Of a stretch of 64,000 nucleotides of DNA, positions 35,134-46,400 are shown piece by piece (within the stretch, counting starts at the first letter, position 1; every line of letters begins with the position of its first letter). The DNA lies in NCBI GenBank assembly GCA_009103225.1, contig RHPI01001507.1, positions 62,001 to 126,000 of the forward strand. Direction: 5' to 3'. The position numbers were made by a program, and so were the translations under genes. The notes beneath the pieces are model-generated. The model was not told the DNA's origin. It saw nothing but the letters and a program-made list of their open reading frames with translations, and did not search any database. The stretch is from Chlorokybus atmophyticus (lineage: Eukaryota > Plantae > Mesostigma and Chlorokybus algae).

Positions 35134-36053
35134 TATGAGTTCATGAAGCGCATGAAATGCGCGCCCATGAACTCAAGAACTCGTTAATGAGTTATGAGAC
35201 TCTTGTGCCCCTAGTGCCTTGGGCACTTGTGGGCACAAGCACTCACGAGATGTGAGTTGTGAGTCGCAAGCTCCTTATCTGATCGCTTGAAACCCTAGCG
35301 CGGCGGCGCCATGCTTGGCGAGGGTGAGTGTGGTTTGGAGGAAGGATAGGCGGTCGACCTCCATGACCACCACACGGTCAAAAAGTGCTCGTGGCAATGG
35401 AGAGGACGTGGAAGCCATAGCCAAGGCGGCTAGGCTTGCCGCCAATAGGTTGGCGCGGGCTACAAGTCCGCATTGCCACACCTTGAGTGAGGAGGAGGAG
35501 AGAAGAGCTGCGAGTGAGGAGAGAAGGGTGCGCCCCCCCGTGGATGTGGGAAAAGGAGGTGATAAATGAGGGTGACGGTGTCGATAACAAGGACGAGGAT
35601 GATGAGGACCTGCCCGTCGTCACTTATAAGCGTATAAAGAGGGAGGCAAGTCCGCTCTCCAATGCTTCCACCCCGCCGATGACACCCACGAAGGCCATGG
35701 CGAGGAGGTTTGAGGAGTTGGAGGCGGAACACATGCACCTTGAGCGTGGGAAGGCGCCCGCCATCCCTCATGATGAGCCCGTTTATGAGCCCAACCACCC
35801 GTTACTCGTGAGCATCCTTCGCCGCAACAAAGGCGACTCTAATACACCCAGTGCTCGTGCGAAGGCATTAGCCATTTGCTTTAGCGATCCCGCGGTCCTT
35901 TGGAAGGAGAACATGAAAAAGTGGGCTCGGCAACACATCGATGTGGCGGCTGACATTGCCTCGGCAGCGGCCTCCATCGACCGGTTGCCCTCTCACCTCG
36001 CCGAGGCTCCCCACTTCGCCAAAGGCCGCAAAGAGAACATGAAAGGTGGGCTC
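35134..36053 (+). mobile_element. DIRS-family 5' fragment (terminal repeat A + ORF1), cut by a Copia LTR
   Basis: Matches rc of 42500-43460; ORF MTTTRSKSARG.... Confidence 0.85.
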
Positions 36054-37805
36054 TGTTAAAAACTAGTGTGCATGCATGCGCCCTACCTCATACATGCGCT
36101 CACACTAGGGGAACAACAAGTACAATAGCATGTCAACAACAAAGAGAAGTACAATCCTATCGCAGTTCCACCTGTATGCGCCACATTCAGTGACTTATAT
36201 ACTCAGCTAGTCAACACTAGAAAAGACTAGTCAATCCTAAACAAAGTCAACTCTAGTCAATGGTCAAAGTTAAAGTTGACCGTAACTCTCGTAACTCCCG
36301 TAACTATTGTTGACTGCAACTTTCGTTGCGTAACCACCGCACATGGTCCAAGTAACATTAACAAGCTGACTGTAGTAAGCATACTATACTAGCAAACCTC
36401 ATATGCTCAACCTTTAACACTCCCATGTATGCAGCTTGTTGTCCGCATCTGCATACCAGCATGCACAAGCTCCCACGCCTTGATTGCCTTCAAGTTGACT
36501 TGGAACTTCTCGCTCCAATACATGACGCTAGCACCTCGAGCTGCTCGCTCCCAATGCTTGTCACCCTGCAAACTGCTCGCTTGCATATAGTATACCTTGA
36601 GCACCATACCATGCTTGCAGAGTGTAACCTTCACGCTTCTCGCGCTCAGCTACTTCTCTCATACCTATATTTAAGCGTTATGCTCAAACACCATGCTATT
36701 GAGTAGACAGCAACCATGCGCTCTCTCTTGGCACGCCCCGTAAGTACTGCACGCACTGCAACACTCCAAGCTGACATATACCAGCTCCCACATATGAAAG
36801 ACGCCTCCTCCACCAAGTACTGCTCGCACTCGGCACCAAGTTAGCTCCTCCCAGCTTCATTACAAGAAGATTGCCACTATCTCCTCCTCCTTCTCCAACC
36901 TACATCATAGCCCTAGAGTGCAATTCTCTCACCCTTCTTGCTATTGGTGCTCCCGTAGGTGGACGTCTTTATTTAAAGACATTGATACTTGAAGTGACCA
37001 CGCTCGTCGCAACGCCAACACTCCTTGCTTATACCATGAGTGCCTTCTTTACCATAAAAACCGCAGCTGCATCTGGTCTTTCTTCCCAACCTTCCTTCTG
37101 CAAGCGCTGCTATTTTTAAAACATGATTTTACATCATTAAGTGTCAACTCCTCCGCTGCAGACTCCATAATGGTCACCACCACCATGTACTCCTTTGGCA
37201 ACTCTGAAAGCACAACTCACACCACTTCTTGCTCTTTCAAGTCGTGCCCTACACCCAGCAAGTCCTTCCACAAAGCCTTTGCACGCGCTACAAACTTGGG
37301 GATTGGCTCTCCACTCTCCTTCCGCAATGCGTTCAGCTCTTGCCTCAACTGCAGCCTCCTCGCCATGTTGCGAGCTTTGAATTGGCTCTTAAGTTTTGCC
37401 CAAAACTCTTTTGCACCTTTGCACTCTCTCACCATATTCAAATGATGCTCAGCAACGTGCAAACTTGCCAAAGCTTTCTTCCCTTCTTTCTCCCAGGTTG
37501 CCTCCTTTCCCGAAGGCACATCCTCCGCGGGGTCCACATACTTCCACATGTTCTTGTGTGCCAGCAACAGCTCCATCCTGATGCTCCAGGTGCTGTAGTT
37601 GTCCACCATTAGTGGCTCCATTGTAATCTTCATGTTGTCCATGCTCCCTTGGCGTTGGTTGCCCTTCTGCTACACATAGAGCCCGCAACCTACTCCCCTT
37701 AAGCAACCACAACTTCCTACACGACCACAACACACTTACACTCTAAGCATGTGTGGGCCCATAACCTGTTAAGAACTAGTGTGCATGTATGCGCCCTACC
37801 TCATA
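36054..37805 (-). mobile_element. Non-autonomous Copia family A element; 5' LTR truncated at the DIRS junction
   Basis: 3' LTR 36054-36419, PPT rc at 36420, gag ORF 37217-37642, PBS rc 37751-37766, LTR start 37767 broken at ~37805. Confidence 0.9.
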
Positions 37806-38389
37806 ACTCACACACGAGTTATATGCGACACACAGCTCATGCTGGGGGGTCGCTATGGGTCGATAGCACGGTGGCTATGCCCAGCACCCAAGTGCATTTA
37901 CAATACAAATGTACAAGTGTACAGATATAGGCTGATCTATACAGAAGTCTGCTAGGGCGCTAGGCTACAACTATGGGAACTACTTCTTCACGCCAGGTGC
38001 GAAAGTCACGCGCTTCGTCGGTTTTTAACTCATGGATGGCGCCAGTGCTGCCGACGTTGAGGTTGAAGCTTGAGAAGCATGTACACCTGCAAAGTATACC
38101 ACACTCGCCACCCTCGCTAAGGATGGCGCCGCCGCGCTAGGGTTTCAAGCGACTAGATAAGGAGCTTGTGACTCACAACTCACATCTGGTGAGTGGTTGT
38201 GCCCCCAAGTGCCCAAGGCACTAGGGGCACAAGAGTCTCATAACGCATTAACGAGTTCTTGAGTTCATGGGCGCGCATTTCATGCGCTTCATGAACTCAT
38301 ATAACTCACACACGAGTTATATGCGACACACAGCTCATGCTGGGGGGTCGCTATGGGTCGATAGATGGATAAAAACAGCAAGAGCACGT

Positions 38390-39408
38390 ACCACCCAAGC
38401 CGAGGCTCCTCGTAAGTGTGTGCAACTCAGGCAACGCTGCGCGCACATAGCCCTCAACTGCAGTGGCAGACTTCCAACGTCCAAACTGCTGCCACAGGTG
38501 TTAGGGCACACCAGCCTTCACGGCTTGGGTCGCAGCTCCCAAACGAGCAGAGTGTGTGCTAAAACGCGTGGGGTCCTCCCCTGCCGCCTTAATGGCTGCC
38601 TTCTCCCAACCAAAGATAGTGCCGTATGGCACCACAGTGTTGCGAATAACGCACATTCCCCCGGCTCGGATAATGGAGCGCAGCAACTTGCCTGGTCCCG
38701 CGTGCCGATATCCCGAGGCAAATAACAACTTCTTGGTGTGCATCACTGGGCATAAGTCACCGCCCACAGCAGCTATGTGCACTGTGGCGCCCACACCACG
38801 TTGATCTGTTTTGCTGCGCGGGATGACAAGATCCATACGGCCTGGGCGAAAAACAATGTCCTGCGCGTATACCTCCGCCAGGTCAGAATACCGCATCATA
38901 CCCGCAAATCTCAGCAGCACCGTCACGGCTTGCAACCTGGCCACCAAGTCCCACCCGTCACGAGCAAAGTGCGAGACCATGGCTTGCGAGAGCTCAGGCG
39001 TGTAGGCGTCTTTCTTCCGTGTGTTCAAGGGCAGCAGCCTGGCAGCGGCCTCACGAACCACCGCACAAGTGCATGCGCAGTGGGAGAGGCATGGCCTGCC
39101 ATGGCATGCGCAGCATGTATGGCCGAAGAGGCATGTTTCACATGTGCCGGGGTGGTTGAATTCACCAACAACTTGGTCAAGAACAGGGCCACTGTGCCAG
39201 GGTCTGCTGGCAGGGCAGCCCAACCACGAGGCGTGCAGAACTCCACAAAGCGACGCCAATAGCCCTCATAGCCCCGCAGGGTGCTAGTAGCACGTGACGC
39301 CGCTGCCACTGCTGGGTATAAGGTGCGCAGGCGCTCAATCTCGTAGTTTTCGGGGACGTCGGGCATGAGCGACTGTAAGCTTCGCTCAATAGCAGCTGTA
39401 TACAGCAC
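38390..39408 (-). pseudogene. Tyrosine recombinase (DIRS YR), one frameshift and one stop
   Basis: SAM-like N-terminus (STLRGYEGYWRRF); catalytic R (MMRYSDL), K (PRSKTDQ), HxxR (THSARLG), W (FGRWKS) and Y (EGYVR, past the stop at 38501). Confidence 0.92.
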
Positions 39409-39411
39409 GTG

Positions 39412-41559
39412 TCAATGGCCAGAACGCAAGTCAATTCGCAATGCCCACATACGATTGTTGGGCAAGCCCCCTTGAAGTTCCGTGACTTGCGGGCTGGGCC
39501 ACAAGCAAGCTGGGCCTTCGGGCAGGCTCACAACATCTGTGAGAAATGGTGCCCACACGCCGCTAGGGCAGAGCACGCGCCACCAAGTTTGAGTTGTCCA
39601 TGCAGGTACAATAAGGCACATGCGAGCCTTGCATTCGCGGGCATGACGCAGAACAGTGCCAACCCGATGTGGTGGGGGATGGCACCAGTTGTTGCAACCA
39701 CTCCAGTCACATTGAAAGGCATTGCCGGATGAGCCCGGACATGGTAACACCGAGTTGAAGGCCACACACACTGTGTTGGCGTCTGTGGCAAAGCGGTCCA
39801 CATCAAAGGGGCCCCACTTGCGAGCGAGCAAGCGAACCCATGGGGTTTGCAAGGTCCAACCGTTCCAACCTGGTGCTTTAGAGAGCGCGTCCACCTCCTC
39901 ATTGAGTTCACTTGGTAACCACTCCACATGCAAGCAAATGCAATGCCGGTGGCAATGTATGAAAATACGGCATGCCACTTGCTGCAAGTGTTCGGCCTCA
40001 CTGCCCCCATTGCGCATAATATAATACACATTGCGGGCATCGCCATAGCACAGCACCGTGCGTCCATGTAGCTCCTCCTCGACAGTGAGCAAAGCACGCT
40101 CAAGTGCCAATAATTCGCGATGTGTTGATGAAGTCAAGCACTCATTAGGTGTGAATGTGCCCTTCGCCACGGGGGTAGCTGTGCCATGGCGCATTAGTCC
40201 CCAACCAGTGCCGCTAGCATCCACAAATTGCACTATGTTCGGCTGCACGGTAGGCCAAATGGGTGCCATGTTAAGCTCCTCAGAGTGGTCTCTCAGCCAC
40301 GATAACTCCATGATTTCAGGGTGGTGTAGCACCATGTGAGAGCTCCATGAGCGCCGGGTCTGAATTAAGCGGCGTGTATGCCAAGTCATGAGTTTTACGG
40401 CAGGGCCCAACATCATAAACATAGATTGCAGCTTGCCACAGATGCGGGCCAGCAACTTCACTGGTACATGGCGCCTGTCACCAAATGCGCGTTGCAAGTC
40501 TCTAAGCAAACCATCGCGCTTCGTGCCGGGGATACGAATAGTGCCAGCGTGTGTATCCCTTACAAAGCCGAGGAAGATGATGACTCTACTTAGCACGATC
40601 TGCGCCTTTGTATTAATCACCAGCCCGCACCATGCTGCATCTGCTTGCACAATGGGCAAGGAGGCATGCTCTGCCTTAGAGCGAGCAGCAAACAGGAAGT
40701 AGTCGATGTATGGTAATACGCGAATGCCCTGCACACGCCAATGGCGCACCAATTGCTTCATAATCTTTGTGAACACGAAGCAAGCCGTGCTCAACCCAAA
40801 TGGCAACGAGCAAAAGTTGAACACTTTGCTCGCAAACGAGAACCCCAAGTAGCCCCAAAAGGCGGGGTGGATGTCCACATGATGATAGCCGGACTTCAAG
40901 TCCGTAGAGAACAACCAGTCCTCAGGTTGCAGCAAGTCTGGGATGCTGCATACATCCTCATACTTGAATGGCGTGTTCACCATATAGGAGTTGACATAGC
41001 GCAAGTCCATGATGAGGCGCAACTTGCGGCCATCATCGACCACGTTGAGTGGGCTCACCACGAGGGGGGGTGTCACACACTCTTGTGCGGCCCCACTATG
41101 CACAAGGTTGGCGATGGCAGCCGCTATGAAGTCCGCAAACTCATGCACACCCTTGTGGTTGGTGAATGCCCATTTAGAGGGTGGGTCAGCCGCCCATGGT
41201 AGCTTGTACCCGTACTCCACCCATGAGAGCACCATAGTAGACTCACAGAATTCACACCATGCTGGCAGGGCATCATGCAGTTGATGACGCATGTAAGGCC
41301 CTTCGGCGGTAAGGTTGGCAGGGACGCAAGCAAACTCATGATGCTTCATCCAATCGTAAACAAGGTCCTCCTCTGTGCTAGTGTAGACTACTGTACACGA
41401 CCACGATGTGTTCTCAACAACGGAGCTCAGCCAGAGCCTCCACGGCACGACAACCGTACAATGGCCACAACTCGTGCAATCAGTGTCCAAATTGGGTCCT
41501 GTGTTGCTCGGCACGACGCTATTAGCCTCATTATAATGGTCATAACATGTTGTTGCCAT
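39412..41559 (-). CDS. pol: DIRS pol: RT + RNase H + adenine-methyltransferase-like (MT) domain, 715-aa open frame
   Basis: KLRLIMDLRYVN, DLKSGYHH, LPFGLSTA, YIDY (YIDD-like), FVDASGTGWG, RELLAL, ELNEEVDALSK; MT: PFDVDRFA...NNWCHPP...LIVPAW. Confidence 0.92.
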   Translation of the reverse strand: MATTCYDHYNEANSVVPSNTGPNLDTDCTSCGHCTVVVPWRLWLSSVVENTSWSCTVVYTSTEEDLVYDWMKHHEFACVPANLTAEGPYMRHQLHDALPAWCEFCESTMVLSWVEYGYKLPWAADPPSKWAFTNHKGVHEFADFIAAAIANLVHSGAAQECVTPPLVVSPLNVVDDGRKLRLIMDLRYVNSYMVNTPFKYEDVCSIPDLLQPEDWLFSTDLKSGYHHVDIHPAFWGYLGFSFASKVFNFCSLPFGLSTACFVFTKIMKQLVRHWRVQGIRVLPYIDYFLFAARSKAEHASLPIVQADAAWCGLVINTKAQIVLSRVIIFLGFVRDTHAGTIRIPGTKRDGLLRDLQRAFGDRRHVPVKLLARICGKLQSMFMMLGPAVKLMTWHTRRLIQTRRSWSSHMVLHHPEIMELSWLRDHSEELNMAPIWPTVQPNIVQFVDASGTGWGLMRHGTATPVAKGTFTPNECLTSSTHRELLALERALLTVEEELHGRTVLCYGDARNVYYIMRNGGSEAEHLQQVACRIFIHCHRHCICLHVEWLPSELNEEVDALSKAPGWNGWTLQTPWVRLLARKWGPFDVDRFATDANTVCVAFNSVLPCPGSSGNAFQCDWSGCNNWCHPPPHRVGTVLRHARECKARMCLIVPAWTTQTWWRVLCPSGVWAPFLTDVVSLPEGPACLWPSPQVTELQGGLPNNRMWALRIDLRSGH

Positions 41560-41734
41560 TTCATTCGGGGGGGTTCTGAGACCCCCAGCAAAAGTTACAA
41601 GTAAGATAGCGATTTTATAAATAATGGATCACAAATCCAACACTTTCATACATCCAGCTCGCAATTTCATTCATTAAGGCAGCAGGCGCGAACACAGAAA
41701 AGTGCCCCACCGGGCTATAGCATCAAGTATCAAA

Positions 41735-42241
41735 TCAGTGGCCGCCATGCCCTGCTAAGGGCTTACGGCAATAGGCACGCAAGTGCCCTGTCTCCCCACA
41801 GTTGTAACAGGTGCGGGCATCGCGCTGGCCCCCCGTAGATGCGGCCTGAGATTGCATAGGCGCGGTCTTGTAGCTGGTATGCTCCGCACCAGATGCATAA
41901 GATCCAGAGTAGCGGGGGGGGTACTGGCCCCGCCCCTTGTTGGGAGTGTAGGCCGCCTTCGCCTTGGGCTTGGGCTGCGCCGCAGCTGCCTCCTTGATTG
42001 CCTTCTTAAGGCGCTTTGCTTCTGCATCGTCCATAGCTAGAGGGTCTCTCGTGAGCTCCTCCACCACTTTCCAACTATGCTTGTTGGCCACTTTCACATG
42101 GTGGAACTGCGTGCACACCTCGTCCAATGCTGGTGCACAGAGCACATGTGAGCAACACTGGTTGCGGCCATTCATGCATAGGCTCAGAGCCATTGGGTTT
42201 AACGCCAGGCGCACCCGCATTGACATTACCATCTCCCACAT
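41735..42241 (-). CDS. gag: DIRS gag-like protein with CCHC knuckle
   Basis: HSWKVVEELTRDPLAMDDAEAKRLKKAIKEA...CYNCGETGHLRAYC. Confidence 0.8.
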   Translation of the reverse strand: MWEMVMSMRVRLALNPMALSLCMNGRNQCCSHVLCAPALDEVCTQFHHVKVANKHSWKVVEELTRDPLAMDDAEAKRLKKAIKEAAAAQPKPKAKAAYTPNKGRGQYPPRYSGSYASGAEHTSYKTAPMQSQAASTGGQRDARTCYNCGETGHLRAYCRKPLAGHGGH

Positions 42242-42481
42242 GCAAATGTCATGGCAAACATGTTGTGCCTTTTACCTTGCTATCAATAGTCATAATGTGA
42301 ATACAAAGGTGGATATGCAAGGGTGTTAAGTGCGGGCCCTCCCCCCCCTACCGAACACGGGGGGAGAAGGGATGCGGATTAATGTATGTACATAGATGCC
42401 TCTACGTACATGACAAGCCCGCACCTTCATAAGGCCGATGATGCACGCATGTGCATGCTCGCATGAGTAAAGTCCGCACCC

Positions 42482-43221
42482 TCATGCGTGTCCTACATGT
42501 GTGCTCGTGCAAATGGCCATATTCAACAAAGCATGAGCCCACCTTTCATGTTCTCTTTGCGGCCTTTGGTGAAGTGGGAATCCTCGGCGAGGTGAGGGCA
42601 CCCGGTCGAAGGAGGCCGCCGCCGAGGCAATGTAAGCCGCCACATCGATGTGTTGCCGAGCCCGCTTTTTCATGTTCTCCTTGCAAGGGACCACGGGATC
42701 GCTAAAGCGAATGGCCAATGCCTCCGCACGAGCATTGGGTGTAGTGTAGTCGCCTTTGTCGCGGTAAAAGATGCTCACGAGTAGCGGGTGGTTGGGCTCA
42801 TAGACGGGCTCATCATGAGGGATGGCGCCTTCCCATGCTCAAGGTGCATGTGTTCCGCCTCCAACTCCTCCAACCTCCTCGCCATGGCCTGCGTGGGTGT
42901 CGTGGACGGGGTGGAAGCGTTGGAGAGTGGACTTGCCTCCTTCGTTTTACACTTGTAAGTGACGATGGGCGGGTCCTCATCATCCTCGTCCTCGTCATTG
43001 TCACCATCACCCTCCTTGGTCACCTCCTCTTCTCCCACCTCCACGGGGGGGCGCACCCTTCTCTCCTCACTCGCCGCTCTTCTCTCCTCCTCCTCACTCA
43101 AGGTGTGGCAACGCGGACTTGTAGCCCGCGCCAACCTATTGACGGCAAGCCTAGCCGCCTTGACCATGGCTTTCACATCCTCTCCATCGCCACGGGCACC
43201 TTTTGACCGTGTGGTGGTAAT
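42482..43221 (-). pseudogene. DIRS ORF1, charged low-complexity protein of unknown function
   Basis: Homologous frames in three copies (35363-36059, 42482-43221, 60273-60891); ATG intact in two copies, ATT here. Confidence 0.6.
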
Positions 43222-43499
43222 GGAGGTCGACCGCCTATCCTTCCTCTAAACCACCCCCGCCACCCTCGCCAAGGATGGCGCCGCCGCGCTAGGGTTTTAA
43301 GCGACTAGATAAGGAGCTTGTGACTCACAACTCACACTTGGTGAGTGCTTGTGCCCTCAAGTGCCCAAGGCATTAGGGGCACAAGAGTCTCACAACTCGT
43401 TGAGGAGTTCCGAAGTTCATGGGCGCGCATTTCACGTGCTTTATGAACTCATATAACTCATGTCTGTGTGGGGTCATATGCTGTGTGCACGCATAATTA

Positions 43500-46400
43500 A
43501 ACAGCCAAGCGCTCTCAATAGCAGCGGTGCTAGCAGCAAGTGCTACAGCTTGTCCATTGCAACCTTGCGTCTGTTGCTAATTGCGCTTTAACTTTCGGCA
43601 GTCCTTCTGCAAGTGTCCCTTCTTATTGCAATAGTGGCAGGTACGCGTCTCCTTCTTCCCACCACCGTTGTTGATACGTGAATTGCATTGTGCCGTAAAT
43701 GCCACAGCTTCAGCCTCATCCTAGCGTGAAGTGGATGCGCGTTGCTCAACTTGGAGTAGGCGTGGGGTGATGGTCTCGAGGGTAAGCTCCTCACTGATTA
43801 ACTCCATGATGGGGACCATCATTGCGAACCAAGTGCAAGTCCGCAAGGATGACTCAGACCACCTCCACCTCCTTCACTTCATGTCCAAAGGCAAGCAAGT
43901 CGTCCCACAGCTGCCTGGCTCGTGAAATGAACTCGGTAACAAGTTCGGCAGCATCCTTCCTCAATGCATTCAACTGCTTCCTCAACTGCAACTACCTAGC
44001 ATTATTCTGAGCCTTATCAACCTCAAAGAAGTTCTGCCACAATTCTCTAACAGACTTGCGACGTGCAACAAGCGCTAAGTGATGATGTACCACATTCAAT
44101 CCTATTAATGCAAGTGCCTAGTAAGACTTTTTCTGTATGGGTGCGTCCTCCAAGTCGAGAGGGCGCTCTATGGGATCCACCACCGACCATAGATCTTTGT
44201 GCATGAGTAGCATCCGCATTTGGAAGCTCCATGTACCATATTTGTCGAGGTCAAGTGGCTCGAATTTGACCTTGTAATAGCTGGTTGCCATGCTTTCTTT
44301 GCTAGCCTTTGCTAGCCTTTGCTAGCCTGCAAATGAGGATGGCGCCTTCCTAAGCTAAACCAACTTGTACTTGCTATGCTAGCGCTAGTGTGGGCCCATA
44401 ACCTATTAAGAATGCACAGCAACAACAATGACAAGCACACGTGTGGCGCTGATAATAGAGCAAAGTGGATCTTACTCAATTGCACAACACATAGTATGTT
44501 GTATAGTACACTATTGAGTGCTAGTCAACACTAGTCAACACTAGTCAACGGTGAAAGTAAAAGTTAAAGGTCATGGTCATAGTCGAAGTCAAAGGTCAAA
44601 GTTAACGTTGACTATGTTGAGAACTAGTGATGGCGCCTAGTGTGTGTGTATTTGCCTCCTACATACAAGTGTGCACACACTAAGGACAAGTGCAGCAAGC
44701 ACGCCAACTATGAAGACAATGTGCGACCCACAGTACTAAGCAGTATATAGTGTCTTACATGCTATGCTACTAAGTACTAGTCAACTCTAGTCAACTCTGG
44801 TCAAAGTCAACACTAGTCAATGGTCAAAGTCAACGGTCAAAGTCAAAGTTGACCATGGTTGACCATAACTGCTGTAACTCCCATAACTCCCGTAATTTTC
44901 GTAACTCTCGTAACTCTCGTAGCTATAAAGGTTAAGCTAATCGTACCAACTACATGTAGGCGCCGCCTATACATGTACTTTCAACAAGCTATAACATCTA
45001 CCACTCCCACGCGAGCAGCTTGACCTTGAACTTCAAGATCTTCTCGCAAGCTTACCCACATAAACTTACTCCATCGAACACTCCCACGGATGTGTTGCTC
45101 CCACGGACTTGATGCTTGTTTCCATGACACTTTCCTTCTCCTCGTGTTGCCAGCAGGACTACAAGGTTCCAATACTTCTTGTTTCCTCCTCATAGTTATC
45201 GCATCAGGTTCCACCACGCCACGCCTGACCTTGCTCAAGCGGTTTCGCGGACTCCCTCAATGGCAAACTATGCTATAAACTACACTGAGTTCTCTACCTT
45301 AGCAATGCTGTACCAGAGTGTAGGCCGTGCAAGGGTTGATCAGACCCTTGTGCCAAGGAAAGCACCCCTCCCATCTCCTGTTAGCTAGCTATACAACTCA
45401 GTCCTTGCATGCCAATTAATTGAAGTGTTCTATCCAGTACCGCACACCTGTGTGCTACCAAAAAACAACTCCACAGCAATGCAACCTCTAGTGTATGCAG
45501 CTCAACACCAGCAATTACTCATAGGCTAGCAGTAACTCTCACAGACCTTTGTGTCTGCGACGTCCGCTTACGCATGTCCTTCACGCGCCCTTGCAGTGGG
45601 AGAGGACGGACGAACACCATCCACTGCAACTCCTTCAGGTCCTCACCAAGGCTAGAAAGCAACTGCCACCGTGGCGTGCTCCTCCTTGGTAGCCTCATCG
45701 TGGATCCTCTTCTGGCACTCGCGAACGAAGTGGCCCTTCATCTTGCAGTAGTGACACTCTTTATCACGTGATGGCTTCCCACCACCTGCTTTGCTCCTGC
45801 TTCGTGTGTGTTGAGAAGATGAGGCAGAAAGTGCAATAGGTTCTCCACCATTCTCTATCTTCTGAACATCCAACTTGCCTTCCACAGCTAGCAGCTTAGG
45901 CACTACATCAGCAAACTTTAAAACCACATATGAGGACTCCAATACAGTCACTAGCGTAGCAAAGCTCTTTCCTAAGCCAGCCAAGACTGCCCACATCACC
46001 TCCTCTTCCTTCACATCGTGGCGCACTGCTGCAAGGTCTTGCCAAAGCTCCCTTGCACGTGTGATGTACTTCTGGATTGGCTCTTTGTGCTCCATCTTCA
46101 GAAGTGTCAGCTTGCGTCTCAGCTGCAACTTATGCGAGTTGCTGTTGGCCTTGAAGAGGGTGTCGAAGACCTCCCACGCCTCACGTGCAGTCTTGCAATC
46201 CGCAATAAGAGGGAGATGGAAGTCTTTGACGTGCAAGCCTATCAGCGCAAAAGCTGATTGTGAGTTCTCTGTCCAGGTACCAGTGTCACCTGTTCTTGGC
46301 CGCAATGATGTGGAGGAGGTGGGATCGACAAACTCCAGAGCTTTTGGCGGATCAGCACCAACTTCATCTTCAGCGACCATGAAGCGTAGTTGTGCAGATC

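Larger units (their letters stand above)
37804..43460 (-). mobile_element. DIRS/PAT-like tyrosine-recombinase retrotransposon with split direct repeats
   Basis: On the minus strand: repeat A1 (43250-43460), ORF1, gag, RT/RH/MT, YR, repeat B1 (38301-38364), A2 (38100-38307), spacer C, B2 (37804-37865). Confidence 0.93.

Noticed and set aside
38390-39408. Phage integrase or prophage
   Set aside because: It sits downstream of RT/RNase H/MT within split direct repeats, the standard DIRS arrangement; no phage genes.
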